A stretch of 64,000 nt of DNA, from the NCBI GenBank assembly GCA_047967505.1, contig CM106538.1. One strand, written 5' to 3'. The DNA is from Dipteris shenzhenensis (taxonomy: Eukaryota). Shown here piece by piece: positions 1 through 11,872 of this stretch. The position numbers were made by a program, and so were the translations under genes. The stretch's first letter is position 1, and every line of letters starts with the position of its first letter. The notes beneath the pieces are model-generated. The model was not told the origin of the DNA and made no database searches. It saw nothing but the letters and a program-made list of their open reading frames with translations.

Positions 1-3000
1 ACCAAGTCTCAACACAGTCATGGATGCATGAAGTACTATGGCTGCCATATCAACCATAACTTGCTACTCAACTGATCTGTGATCATCAAACCTGCTGTGT
101 TTCAAGTATGGAGCCAATATAGGTAATGGAGTACTCAGTAACTTCCCCCTCGCCATATTGAAACAACCAAGTATCTGACAAACATCATCAAGACCATGCA
201 GCACCCACTACAAAGCATACCTATCCATAAGGAACCATATGGCAAGTAACCTCAGAAGGATAGCAACCTCCTGAATACTGAGACCATAACCTGTCTCACT
301 ACGCATCACATCCTGAGCTCTCATAACGGTATCAAACCTATGAAGCCAAGCTCGAGGGGATTGCTTCTGGCCATGGAGGCACTTACGAAGCAAACACATC
401 AATGATTTATGCCCATGCGCAATATGACCCGAGTCAATAATTGCAGAAACCACATCTGTCCTGGCATAACCAGCCAATGGATCATACCGAGCATCATTAG
501 CCAAGGTATCCTCCTCACCATGCATAGCCTCATCCTCATCTGCAAGAGGCACTCCGCATCCTGGGAGTAAACAGTAACTGTCCATAGAAGATGCATCAAC
601 AATCTCCATAGGAGTATAAACCTGTGGAATACTCGAGACATCTGACCGTCTTTGACCAAAATCAGGAAGTAATCGTGGCTGTCCCAACTTTATAACCTAC
701 TCACTGTGGGAAAAACCTCCCACTCCAAGGGATATGGGCTGCCCCTTCAAAGAATTCGGAGGTATCAGTGCACTTACACCCTCCTGGAACACCACTCTCC
801 TGCTATCCACAGTCCTGGGCTATCTAAACATAGCATCCTCTTTGGAATAGACATTATGGCTACGTATCAACTCTCTAGTTGAAGAATCCCATAACCTGTA
901 GTCCTCACTGGACTCACTGTATCCAAGGAAGATACACCTCCTCGATCGGGAACCATGAGCATAAGCCTCGCAGCCAAACACACGTAAATGCTCATAACAT
1001 GGTGCCCTGCTTGTCAAGAAGTCAAATGGCACTCTACCATTCAGAGATCTCCTGGGTGACCTGTTAAGCAAGTATGCAGCTGTCTTACATGCCTCAGCCC
1101 AATAGCATTCAGTAAGACCTGCATATCATAGCATGCTACCAATCCTGTCCAATAGAATCCGATTTATGCCTTCTGCCAAGGCATCGTGCAGAAAGATGAG
1201 GAGTGGTCAACACCCTCCTGATACCAAGTGTATCACATAGATGGTGAAATCTAGAAGAGGTAAACTCTGCATCACCATCAGTCATCAAGCTCAATAGCTT
1301 CTTTCCTGACTGATTTTCAGTATTACCCAAGAAGCGCTGAAATGTATCATATACATCATGCTTTTGCCGAATCGGATATACCCATATGTACTTTGTAGCA
1401 GTATCAATAAATGTCACAAAGTAAGAGGCGCCACCTAGTGAAACAGTAGGCATAGGCCCACAAACTGCACTATGAACCAACTGCAATGGCTCAACATACC
1501 TCTCACTGATTGTCTTCCTCACAAAAGAGGATCCTGACTACTGATCATCATCACAATCATGACATAAAATTTGAGAGACATCCATAACAGGAATGTATCT
1601 CAATGTTGTAAGGGCTTCCATACCTGCAGTAGACATATGTCCAAGTCTAGCATACCATAAACTAACTAATGGCTGCTTACTAATCATAAGCATCTGATCA
1701 TGGACACCTGATACATGCAATGCATAAGAGAATCCAACCCGTGATCCCCTAGCCATAACCAGATTGCCTCTAGCAATCTTCCATGCATGATCACCCAAAG
1801 AGACATGATAACCTGCCTTAACCAACTGTCCAGTATTGATCTTGCTCGTAGAAAGTCCTAGTATATGTCTAACCCTCTATAGAATAAGAATAGAGCCACT
1901 AGGCATAACAAGGTGTAAATCCCCATAACCATAGACATCCATAGAATGATCAATGCCCATCAAACCACTCTCCACAATGCATTCTTGATATGCACTGAAC
2001 CATGACCTATGAGGGATCATATGACATGAAGCACATGGATCTAACATCCAATCACCGAGAATGGGTACATCAGTGGCCAAGAAGGAGGTGTCAGACATAG
2101 ACAAAAGAATGCCTTCATCACTGCTACTGTCAGTGGAAACCCTGGCATCCACGCCTTGAAGCTCATCATGCTTCTTCTCCTTCTTTCTATCATCAGAGGC
2201 TCCCCAACAGCTCCCAGATGAGCTAGAGACAATGGAAAAGAACTATGCCAAGACTGGAACCTGCAAGTGCCAAGAATGGCTATGGCGCCAAAATAAGACC
2301 CAAATCTGCCGGGAGGAAACCTCGATGTGAGGTTATAGGTAGCACAATTGCAAATTTTTAGGAAGCCTGGCGTCGACGGAATCGCAATCGGAGGACTGTG
2401 GGAACTCCACCACAAGTTGCATATGCAGCTCTCCAGCGCTCCTTCACGATCTCCTACGCCAAAGAAGTTGCTCACCAACCGACTCCTGGCTCACAGAATG
2501 GCAGCAACAATTGCTCTTAATGCCTATCTACTAGCTGCCCATGACACCTAAATAGCTACCATTAAGCTCCTTATGACCTTAGCAGCTCCAATGAGCTCCA
2601 AGGTGCCCTCGGCTACACGGGTGATAGCAAATGACCGGCTCCATCAACCTCACAACAAAGCAATGGAATCTACAGCCCGCCTTCAAGCAATTCACCTCCT
2701 TCAACGAAGCACACAGCATGGGCTTCGATGCTTCCAACATTCACACAACAAAGAACCCGACTGCTCACAACGGATGTACCAAAACTCCCAGCCGCTCCAT
2801 AGTTGCCGTGATTCTTCCGACTCGGCTAGCAGCGTCAAGTGCCTTCATAGACCTGGCTCAGCAAGCCTCTCTCCATCGACCAAGGCAAGGCCAACAAGAT
2901 GCTTCGTCCAACCGATCGGACTACAGCAGCTAACGTCTACGGACCTCCAGGCGCCAGTAGTCTAGATAATAGTACCGCCTCCTTCCTTATCCACCACGGC

Positions 3001-3611
3001 TATAACAATTGTAGCAATCGGTCGCTCCACAAGCTCAATGGCTAGCAGCTCTGATACCAGTTGAGGGGGAAGAGCAGAGCACTCAGGAAGGGATAAGAAG
3101 ACACCAAAAGTGGTGGAGCAAAAGCTACTCCAGCTTATTCCTCTATCATATAGATATGAGTATACATGGGCACTGTACAAGTGGGTGGGCACACTGCCCT
3201 TTACCCCAACATGGGGGTCGGTCCCGAAATAGGCCACCGATCACACGATAGAACCGGTGTGCAAAATAGAGCAACTAACCTATGGTCTCCATTCGGCCCA
3301 CAGCCATCCGGGATCATTTGGGACTCCAAACGGGCCCCGCAACCCGAGAGTGGGCTGCCCCGAGAAAAGCTCCATCTACCCTCAATGCGGTCAATCATGG
3401 AATGCTTTCCTGCACTTGCATGTAGCCTAGTTGGTAGTGTGCCAACTCCGTCCAGCCATCAGGCCACACATGGTCCCCATCTGGTGTTCAAACCAGGACC
3501 TATCGCGGATAACCGAGCTACTCAAATGCCTTCTCCTCATATGGAGGGCTTACAAGTAGAGTTAGCTGGTTCCCGCGTAGTTACACGAGAGTGGAGCATT
3601 GATATCTAACA
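1..3611 (-). mobile_element. Degenerate Ty1/copia LTR retrotransposon, runs off the window start
   Basis: Minus-strand fragments of protease (DWMLDPCASCHM), GAG-pre-integrase (LWYARLGHMS), integrase (LVHSAVCGPM..YFVTFIDTAT, LRVFGCEAY) and a truncated RT (KQSPRAW). PBS (rc TGGTATCAGAGC) at 3048-3059, followed by an LTR. Many stops and frameshifts; little recognisable gag. Confidence 0.88.
3062..3611 (-). repeat. 5' LTR (~550 bp) of the 1-3611 copia
   Basis: TG starts 2 nt after the PBS. Ends GATATCTAACA, resembling other LTR termini in the window (GATATCTCAACA at 12170, GATATCCCAACA at 28319). Confidence 0.75.
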
Positions 3612-3789
3612 GGTAGAACAGTGCGTCACACGATGGTCAAGGTTGAGGTGATGCGGGGGCGAGGACGTGTCCCATGGGCACTGAGGGAGGGTGAGGCGCA
3701 TCGAGTGGCGGTGCGACCATACGTGATGCACGACGCAGAGGCACATCGGTCGACGAGGAGGATAAGGCCGATATGGGCAGCACATCAAG

Positions 3790-4420
3790 GAATGTAGTAT
3801 GGTCTTGAGACAGCAATGCGAAAGTAACTACTTTTTAAAAGGGGTTTACAGAACTGGGCCAGATGTGGTCTACAAAACACAAGAGGTGGAAATCTTGAGA
3901 AGAAATCCAAAGGGAGTTTGGCCTTTCTATTCATGGTGGCCTCATTGATCAAGAAACACCGCTCATTATGGGAGGGTAATATCTAGTGGAAGGGAGGCAA
4001 TGTCTTTATCTACTATAAAGAGTTTAGCTAAGGAGACTCTTCCCATTTGCTGCCTATCCCTACTCCTTTTGAAGACATTGAAGGTCATATACATAGGGTC
4101 CTAAACACTAGGTGGAAAATACAGGATAGTCAAAGCTGATGGAAGTCTGAATTTCTCAAGGTTTGGTTAAAGGAGATCCATGAGAAAATGTCAGCCCTTC
4201 TCTGGTTGATCCTTCAGAAAGTGGTTTGGACTAATGCCAGAGGTTTACATATTGGCAAGGGGATGGAAGGTGTAGATGCTACTCGGGTCTCCAGAAAGAC
4301 AATTTTCACTTATTTGTTGCATGTCCTCATGCTAGGAGAGTGTGAAAGGATGGTTCAGATGCTTTATGGAGAGACATTGAATTGGAAGGACCTATTTTAT
4401 GGTAGTTATCCTTCAGTGTG
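3790..4420 (+). mobile_element. L1-type LINE ORF2 C-terminal remnant (zf-RVT-like)
   Basis: Across frameshifts reads WLILQKVVWTNARGLHIGKGDGRC...FHLFVACPHARRV, resembling the C-terminal Cys/His zinc domain of plant L1 ORF2. Confidence 0.6.
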
Positions 4421-4810
4421 ATAGTTAGCACTTGTTTTATGATAGTGAACCTATTAGTTTTATGACAATCAGCATTTAGTTTTATGATAGTAAGTACTTG
4501 TTTTATGATAGTGAACCTATAAGTTTTATGGCAGTCAACATTTAGTTTTATGATAGTGAACCTATCAATTTTATGGCAGTCAGTATATCAGTTTTATGGC
4601 AATAGTCAGCATTCAGTTTTATGATAGTAAGTACCTGTTTTATGATCATTAGCATTCAGTTTTGATGATAGTTATAGAACCTATATTAGGATAGTTAGCA
4701 TTATGTTTTATGATAATTAGCACCTCTCTGATAATAGTTAGCACCTATTTTATGACAGTTTATCATGATAGTTTTAGCACATGTTTTATGATAGTGAACA
4801 TATCAATTTC
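4420..4810 (+). repeat. Degenerate minisatellite built on a GTTTTATGA(T/C)AGT core
   Basis: More than 15 copies of gttttatg(a/g) spaced about 20-25 bp apart. Confidence 0.85.
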
Positions 4811-4829
4811 ATTAATCGTTAGCATTTAG

Positions 4830-6130
4830 ATTCAATTTCATTACTCACAATTTCATCGCTCGATGGCAAGCACAACAGTTCAAGGATTGTATTCATAATT
4901 TCCTTGATGATGTGGTTGTGTCTATGGTAGACTTTGGTGAAAACTGTACTTTTAAAGAAAAGAATGAGATCCAGTCTATGCATTGGCATTCTACACAGGT
5001 TACCATATTTATACACATAACGTACTATAGGAAGACAAGTGAACTCATCAAGACTATCCACTTTTTCATTTCAAATGATAGAATTCATGATACATTGTTT
5101 GTGCAACATTGCTTCATGTTACATTTTCAATTGTCGAAGGAACAAGGTGTAATAATTAAACAACATTGGGTGTGGTCAGATGGCACTGCTTCACAGTTCA
5201 AGGCTTGCAGACCATTTTATTTTGTGGCAAGATATGCTGGTTTGACTGGGATAGAAATGAGCCATTTTTTCTCAGCAATCAGGACACTGCAAGGGAGAAC
5301 ATGATGGAGCAAGAGCTATGGTGAAGGGAACATTGACACACGAACAATTGAAGTCGGATGGAGCTATCTTAAAGTGTGTTGTTGTGTGTCACTTATTGTA
5401 GGTCTAACCTTTTAGAGGGGGATGAAGCTTGCTATCCTTCAAAACAAAGAAATTGTGCCCGTGTTTTTGGGAGGTTAAAGCAGGAGATGTGAATAGGGAG
5501 GAAAAATGGAATTGTGGAACTATCCAAAAATCACGATTTGTGCATGCTATTTCTGGTCATAGTCCACGAGACCCTACAAGAATTGCCATGAGACATTTGG
5601 CTTGCTTTTGTAATGTATGCATGCATGGCCATTAGAATAGATGTGTTAACAAAGCACATGTTCCTTCGTGGGATTATGACACTTTGGTGCCCTTGCCATA
5701 TTCTGAACCGCTAGGTGATGATGAAGATGTATATGATGAGGTAACATATAAGGAACATCATGATGTATTAAGCAATGCTTTGCAAATTGGTGACCCTTTT
5801 GCAATCAAACCGGATTCTGCAACCAATACAGAGGTAGCTAAATTTTACCTCATCAAATGTATTGCACAGAAGGAGGAGGCGAAAGATGACTATGTGGATA
5901 AATGGGAAATAAAATTCCCAAACGATCATATGTCATTAAAGGTTTGTATTACAAGTAGACAAATGCCTATTCCTTCAACCTCCTTTCTAATATGCCCTTG
6001 GTTCACATAATATCACATCTTGTACATTGTATCAAGATACCCATGCAACATATCCCCACAAAAGAAATATGTATTGTATCACATCAGAGATGTATGAGGC
6101 AATCTATAATAGCATGCCCTTTGAGATCTA
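4830..6130 (+). pseudogene. Sola2-like DDD transposase relic
   Basis: Motifs VDFGENCT..EIQSMHW, HFFISND.IHD, WVWSDGTASQFK and, after a frameshift, GHCKGEHDGA, then a Cys cluster (LACFCNVC). This matches my recollection of the DFxEN/SDG/GHGK..DG triad of Sola2-type transposases. Several frameshifts. Confidence 0.65.
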
Positions 6131-6180
6131 ATTTTTTTAGGGTAATGCTTGACATTTTATAAACTTCCATTTTAAATGGT

Positions 6181-6184
<4 letters not shown>

Positions 6185-6250
<66 letters not shown>
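6185..6250. repeat. (CT)n microsatellite
   Basis: Directly visible. Confidence 0.97.
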
Positions 6251-6251
<1 letters not shown>

Positions 6252-6659
6252 GCAGCCCCGACCAGTAGAGCCAGATATTCCACAGTTTCAAGTCAAGAAC
6301 ACCCTCATCATATGCATATGTCTATGAATGAGTTCTTTTTTATAAACCCATCATTGGGTATCATAAGCATATTGTGTTCCTAAAAGATCGCATATAAGAG
6401 GGTTGAGGAGGCAACCAGCAGATGTAATAGCTAAAATCCAAGTGCTTAAAGGACCAAACAGCAAGGGAATGATCCCAAAACAAAGGCAATTCTATTGTTG
6501 CAGCAGCAAAAGAACTCCAGAACATGCCAAAATAGTGTTGGACTTCCCCCCCCTCATCCCACCCCATAGTAGTTAATTAGTCTACACAATCAAAGATTTA
6601 GTCCAGGCTAAAGTACAGATAGACAGTACAGACAGACAAGAAAGAGGTCTCTCTTATAG

Positions 6660-6925
6660 TTTATTATGCTAGCATATAAAACACCCACAGTACGAATTTG
6701 CATTACTGTACAAAGCTAGCATAGAATATATGATAAATGGCAAAGAACCTATGCTAACAAGCATTGAATAACATATATGCTAACGTATAAAACACCCACA
6801 GTAAGGATTTGCATTAGTGTACAGAGCTAGCACAGAACAAATGCTAACTTGCATAGATTCTATGCTAACAAGCATAGAATAACATATACTCTAGAAGTTG
6901 ACTAGCACAGAGAATATGCTAACTA
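6660..6925 (+). repeat. Degenerate ~110-bp tandem duplication with TATGCTA(A/G)C subrepeats
   Basis: TATAAAACACCCACAGT..ATTTGCATTA occurs at ~6675 and ~6786. Confidence 0.75.
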
Positions 6926-7134
6926 GTTTATCCATGGATTTAAATGATTTTTGTTTATTTAAGTTATTATTAAGTTAAGGAAAAGTTAAACTTTTAAATG
7001 AGGATTCTTAAATATAAAAATTTATACTAGTATTTTTGCAATATAGAGTAATGTAAGAATTATATATATATATATATAGTTAAGGTCCATGCATGAGATT
7101 AATTTACCATGACAATCCTCTAAAATCTCCAAGA

Positions 7135-7290
7135 CTTAATAACGGTGTTAATAAACACCTTTTAGGGTTTTGAAACTCTAAAATATCCAAGAGTTAATAA
7201 CGGTGCCAATAAACACCTTTCAAAGTTTCAAAAAGAAAAAATGGTATAATTTCAAAGAGCTTTATAATGGTGCTTATAAACACCTTGCAA
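7135..7290 (+). repeat. Three copies of TAATAACGGTG.TAATAAACACCTT
   Basis: Copies near 7137, 7195 and 7264 (third copy degenerate). Confidence 0.75.
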
Positions 7291-7337
7291 TAGTTACAAA
7301 GGTTTTTTAAGCACACACCATCAAATGACATATCTTG

Positions 7338-7605
7338 ATGGAGGGGGAAAGAAGTAAAAGAGAGAGGAAGGGGGAGAGAGATAAAATGGAGGGGGAAAGG
7401 AGAGGGAGAAGGAGAGAGAGAGAGGGGAGTAAAGAAAGGGAGAGGGAGAGGGAGAGGGAGGGGAGAAATAAATTTTTGAAAACAAATTTATTTAGATAAG
7501 AGGGGAGAGATGGGTGATGAGGAGGAGGGGAAAAGATCGCGTTGCCGCACGACAGTGCAAAATATATATATAGAGGACACTTGAAAGGGTGGGGAAGAAA
7601 GGGAG

Positions 7606-7643
<38 letters not shown>

Positions 7644-7853
7644 AAGAAAAAGATAGAGGGAGGAGAAAGGAGAGGGAGAGGGGAAGGGGAAGGGGACTGC
7701 AACACGAGGGAGAGGGGGAGAGGAGGGGAGGAACACAATGACAGGGAGGATGTGATTGAAAATGAGCTATGGGATAGGTGAGAGTCAATATACTTCCCTC
7801 AAGGAATTCAAACGTCCCGCTCTAGAATTCAAACTTCTTACTACTTCTCTAGC

Positions 7854-7925
<72 letters not shown>

Positions 7926-8600
7926 CCCCCCCTTCCCCTCCCCCTCCCCCATTCTCCCTCCCCCGCCTCCCCCTCCCTCTCCCCCCTTTCTCCTCTTTCC
8001 CCTCTCCCTTTCTCCTCTTTCCCTTCTCCCTCTCCCCCCTTTCCCCTCCCCCTTCCCCCCTTTCCCCCATTTCTCCCCTTCCCCCATTTCCCCCCTTCCC
8101 CTTCCCCTCCCCCCATTCCCCCTTCCCCCCTTTCTCCCATTCCCTCCTTCCCCCCTTTCCCCCCTTCCCCCTTCCTGTCCCCCCCTTCCCCCCTTCCCCT
8201 GCGCCCTTTCCCCTTTCCCCCTTTACCCTTCCCCCCCTTCCCCTCCCACCTCTCTCCTTTTTCCCCCTTTCCCCTTTCCCCCCTTCCCCTCCCACCTTTC
8301 TCCTTTCCCCCCTTCCCCCCCCTTTTTACCCTCGGCCCCACCCCCACCCCCACCCCCTCCCACCTTTCCCCTTTTCCCCCCTTCCCCCCCACGCCCACCC
8401 CCCCACCCCTTTCCCCTCCCCCTCCCCTCCCTTTCCTCCTTTACCTCCCCCCCCCCTTTCCCCTCTGCCCCCCCTCCCCACTTTTACCCTTTTACCCCCC
8501 CACTTTCCTTCCCCCCTTTTCCTTCCCTCCCTCCCCTCTCCTCACTTTCCCTGCCAATGTGAACGTACTTCCTTCTCTTCCCTTCTCCTCCACTCCATTA
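7338..8600. repeat. Polypurine tract (7338-7750) facing a polypyrimidine tract (7845-8600), including (GA)n and (CT)n
   Basis: Directly visible low-complexity sequence. Confidence 0.95.
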
Positions 8601-9064
8601 ATTCCCTTTTTTTCTTAGCTTTCCAAGGTAAATTTTTAAGGGTGAATCTAGGAGCTTCTCCAAACTAGAAATATTTCAATCTTGAAATTTGATAAATTCA
8701 CCCAAAAGGTAACATAACTTCCTCGTGTGAGACCCAAATTTAGCCCTCCAAGTACTCAAATCAATCGGCATAAGTCATCTAGAGTCATCTAAATGGTTAG
8801 AAATTTTAAATTCCATCTCCATTATTCCATTTTTTTCTTAGCTTTCCAAGGTAAAATTTTAAGGGCGAATATTTGCTCAAAGGCAAATCTAGGAGCTTCT
8901 CCAAACTAGTTAAGCTAATATTTCAATCTTGAAATTTGATAAATTCGCCCAAAGAGTAACATAACTTCCTCGTGTAAGACCCAAATTTAGCCCTTTAAGT
9001 ACTCAAATCAATTGGCATAAGTCATCTAGAGTCATCTAAATGGTTAGAATTTTTAAATTCCATC
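8592..9064 (+). repeat. Tandem duplication of ~230-245 bp
   Basis: TTCTTAGCTTTCCAAGGTAAA...GTCATCTAGAGTCATCTAAATGGTTAGAA..AAATTCCATCT is present twice; the second copy has two small insertions. Confidence 0.92.
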
Positions 9065-9217
9065 TTGTAAAAAACGTGTGCAAAGTGTTATGCCCATTAA
9101 GAATGAGCACATTCGAATGACACACCTTAGATTCTCATAACACTTGGTGAAAAACGGTGTTTGTGGCGAGTTTGACCATCCAAAGCATATACGATGGGCA
9201 CGATAATTTACACGCTT
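9065..9217 (+). repeat. Left piece of the ~182-bp satellite array
   Basis: Contains GAATGACACACCTTAGA...CATAACACTTGGTGAAAAACGG..TTGTGGCGAGTTTGACCATCCAAAGCATAT, as in the 15918-18979 monomers. Confidence 0.9.
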
Positions 9218-11872
9218 TGTTGAGAGATATGGTGCCATGAGCACATAGATTAAAGGGCAAAGGTATGTGATAAGGAATGTATTAAAGTAGCCACCCTAAG
9301 ATGTGGACTACATGATGTGGAAATGTGGATTGAGGATATCTACAAGGAGAGATGTGGATGAGAGGATCCCACATGGTTTGACTATTCTAAAGGCTCTCTC
9401 TATATAAGAAGACTATCATGTATTGTTGAGTACAAGGTAGAAATGCACATTCACTCAAGATTCTGTTTATGAGTCCAAGCTAATCTATCTTGGGACCTAA
9501 TTGACTTGAGGTACATGTCATGAGCACTCTCTTCATCATGTTTCCACACAGGTTCCATCCACCTTAGAGAGATCCTTAGATCCTTAGGCACACATGTTTT
9601 CTCATGGTATCAGAGCATAGGTTTAGCTCATTAGTAGTTCACTAGGATTGCTCCCATTCCTAGATTAGTTGTAGGCATGCCTTAGGAACTCATGAGTTCT
9701 CCTAGATTAGTTTTAGTTTCATATTGAGAGTTCTCTTCCACTGAGAGAATCTTAGTTCATTTGAGATATTTCCGTTCACATGAGAGAAAGAGAGAATTAG
9801 TTTGAGTTCTTATTTATTCAGCAAGAGATAGAGAGAGATCTCATTCTTTGAAAGAGAGGATATGTATATCTGAGATTGAAAGGAAGCTAACAGATTGATA
9901 GATATCCTAAGGTAACATCGTGAGCTCAAGGAGACGAGATTGAGAGAAGAAAATGTCTTAGGATCAAGATAGAGAGGGAGATAGAATTCAAGGAGAGTTT
10001 GACCAAAATGATTCTATGTTGTTGATGACGGAGTACATATTTCCATGTCCAATCCATGCAGTTTTCTACCGCAACGACGATTAATGGAGCTTGTCCATTG
10101 TAGCAAAGCATTTGGATTGCAACAATGGCGTCAGGGAGTGGCGTGGCTACATTGTTCAATCGCTCCATAGCCTCAGCCCAAAGCTCTGCCTCCAAAGCTT
10201 CGATGACCACAACCTAGCAACCTGTGACTCAACGCACCTTCAGCAAGCATCGGGCCTCCACAAGCGGCGACAACAGTGGCTCTCCTTGTTCAACGACTCG
10301 CCTCCTCACGGGCTCAAGACCAAGTCCAAATGGCTCCTCCACTCAGCAAAGGTACTTTGTAGTAGAGAGCTCCTAGTCTCCAAACATTGGCAGCAGTCGC
10401 CATCAGTGCATTATCAGCCTGACCTTCATCAACAGAGCTTCCTCAATGATGTGTGACACATTCTACAACAACTATTGATGACAACAACCATGCTCCAAGA
10501 GCCACGGCTACAGCAAACCTCAACCCTTGGGAACCCACGAATCAGTCACTCAGACACCTTTATGCAATGCATGAGCCACTGCTCCGCCCCCTGCTATGAC
10601 TCTTTGTCCACTGAACAAAAGCTCTGCACATAGCTAGGCTTACTTCAATGACCACGGACAGTAGCAACAACTCCTCACAAGCTCCTACAGCTAGCTACCA
10701 AGTAGCTCTCATGCACTTATATAGCAACAACGAAGGTTCCATTCAGCTCCACAGCCGCCTCGCCAAGGTCCAAAACGACCTCTCACGCTGAACTGCGCAA
10801 GCCAAAATGGGCTCTGCTTATCTTCTACGACCTTCAAATGCCTCTATGCACAGTGACAACAGATTCGAAGAAGCCTTCTGCATCACCGTCTTTTTTCAAA
10901 AAGACACGTGGCAGGATAAGAACTAACCGTGGTTAAGTTAATTAAGTACAGTGAACCTTGGTTGAGTTTCCAGTCACTAGGGTTAGTTCACCTTTGGTCA
11001 AATGGGTAACCATAGTTAAGTGCCACCTAAGCACAGAGTCTCTTGCTAACCACAGTATGGAATTCAGCATGTGAATCCCTGTGCCACATCATCAAGACCC
11101 CCTCTTCTTCACAAAATCTTCAACAAGCCGTAACTCCCAATCCAAGAAGAATTTAGCCATGCTCCAAAAAGGAAAAGTGAACGTCTTTTTGAGATCTACA
11201 TGCTTGTCAAGTCAGAGTCATTGTTAGTGATCAGACACTGCCAATATTGAAAGAAATCAATTGGTAAGACCTTTGCAACAACTGGAAAAGCAACACATGA
11301 ATGCAAAAAGCATGCCAGAAGCACAAGGGCATGAGATGACCATAGCAAAAAGCATGGCATCCACACATAAAGAATCAAGGCACATGGAAGAACAAAGCAT
11401 CATGCATGAAGCTAAATCAAGCCATGAGCCAAAAGATGACATCAATGGAATGTATTGAGAAACCAAAACCTTGCCAACCTTGCTTATACTTTGTAAATCC
11501 AGCCTGACCACCTGAGAGTAACCATGTAGGCACCCAGGGGAGGATTTGATCTTGTAACTCACATCTGACCACCTTGCAGTAGCCAAAAGATCATGGCACC
11601 AAGGGGAGGTGTTGAGAGATATGGTGCCATGAGCACATAGATTAAAGGGCAAAGGTATGTGATAAAGAATGTAATAAATTAGCCACCCGAAGATGTGGAC
11701 TACATGATGTGGAGATGTGGATTGAGGATATCCACAAGGAGAGATGTGGATGAGAGGATCCCACATGGTTTGACTATTCTAAAGGCTCTCTCTATATAAG
11801 AATCCTATCATGTATTGTTGAGTACAAGGAAGAAATGCACATTCACTCAAGATTCTGTTTATGAGTCCAAGC

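Noticed and set aside
4420-4810. GTTTTA-starting repeats resembling CRISPR direct repeats
   Set aside because: Irregular ~22-bp period and no spacers.
7307-8562. Pro-rich and Gly/Glu/Arg-rich ORFs (extensin-like)
   Set aside because: Translations of stop-free low-complexity tracts.
9605-9616. tRNA gene
   Set aside because: Only the 12-nt primer-binding site complementary to the 3' end of initiator Met-tRNA.
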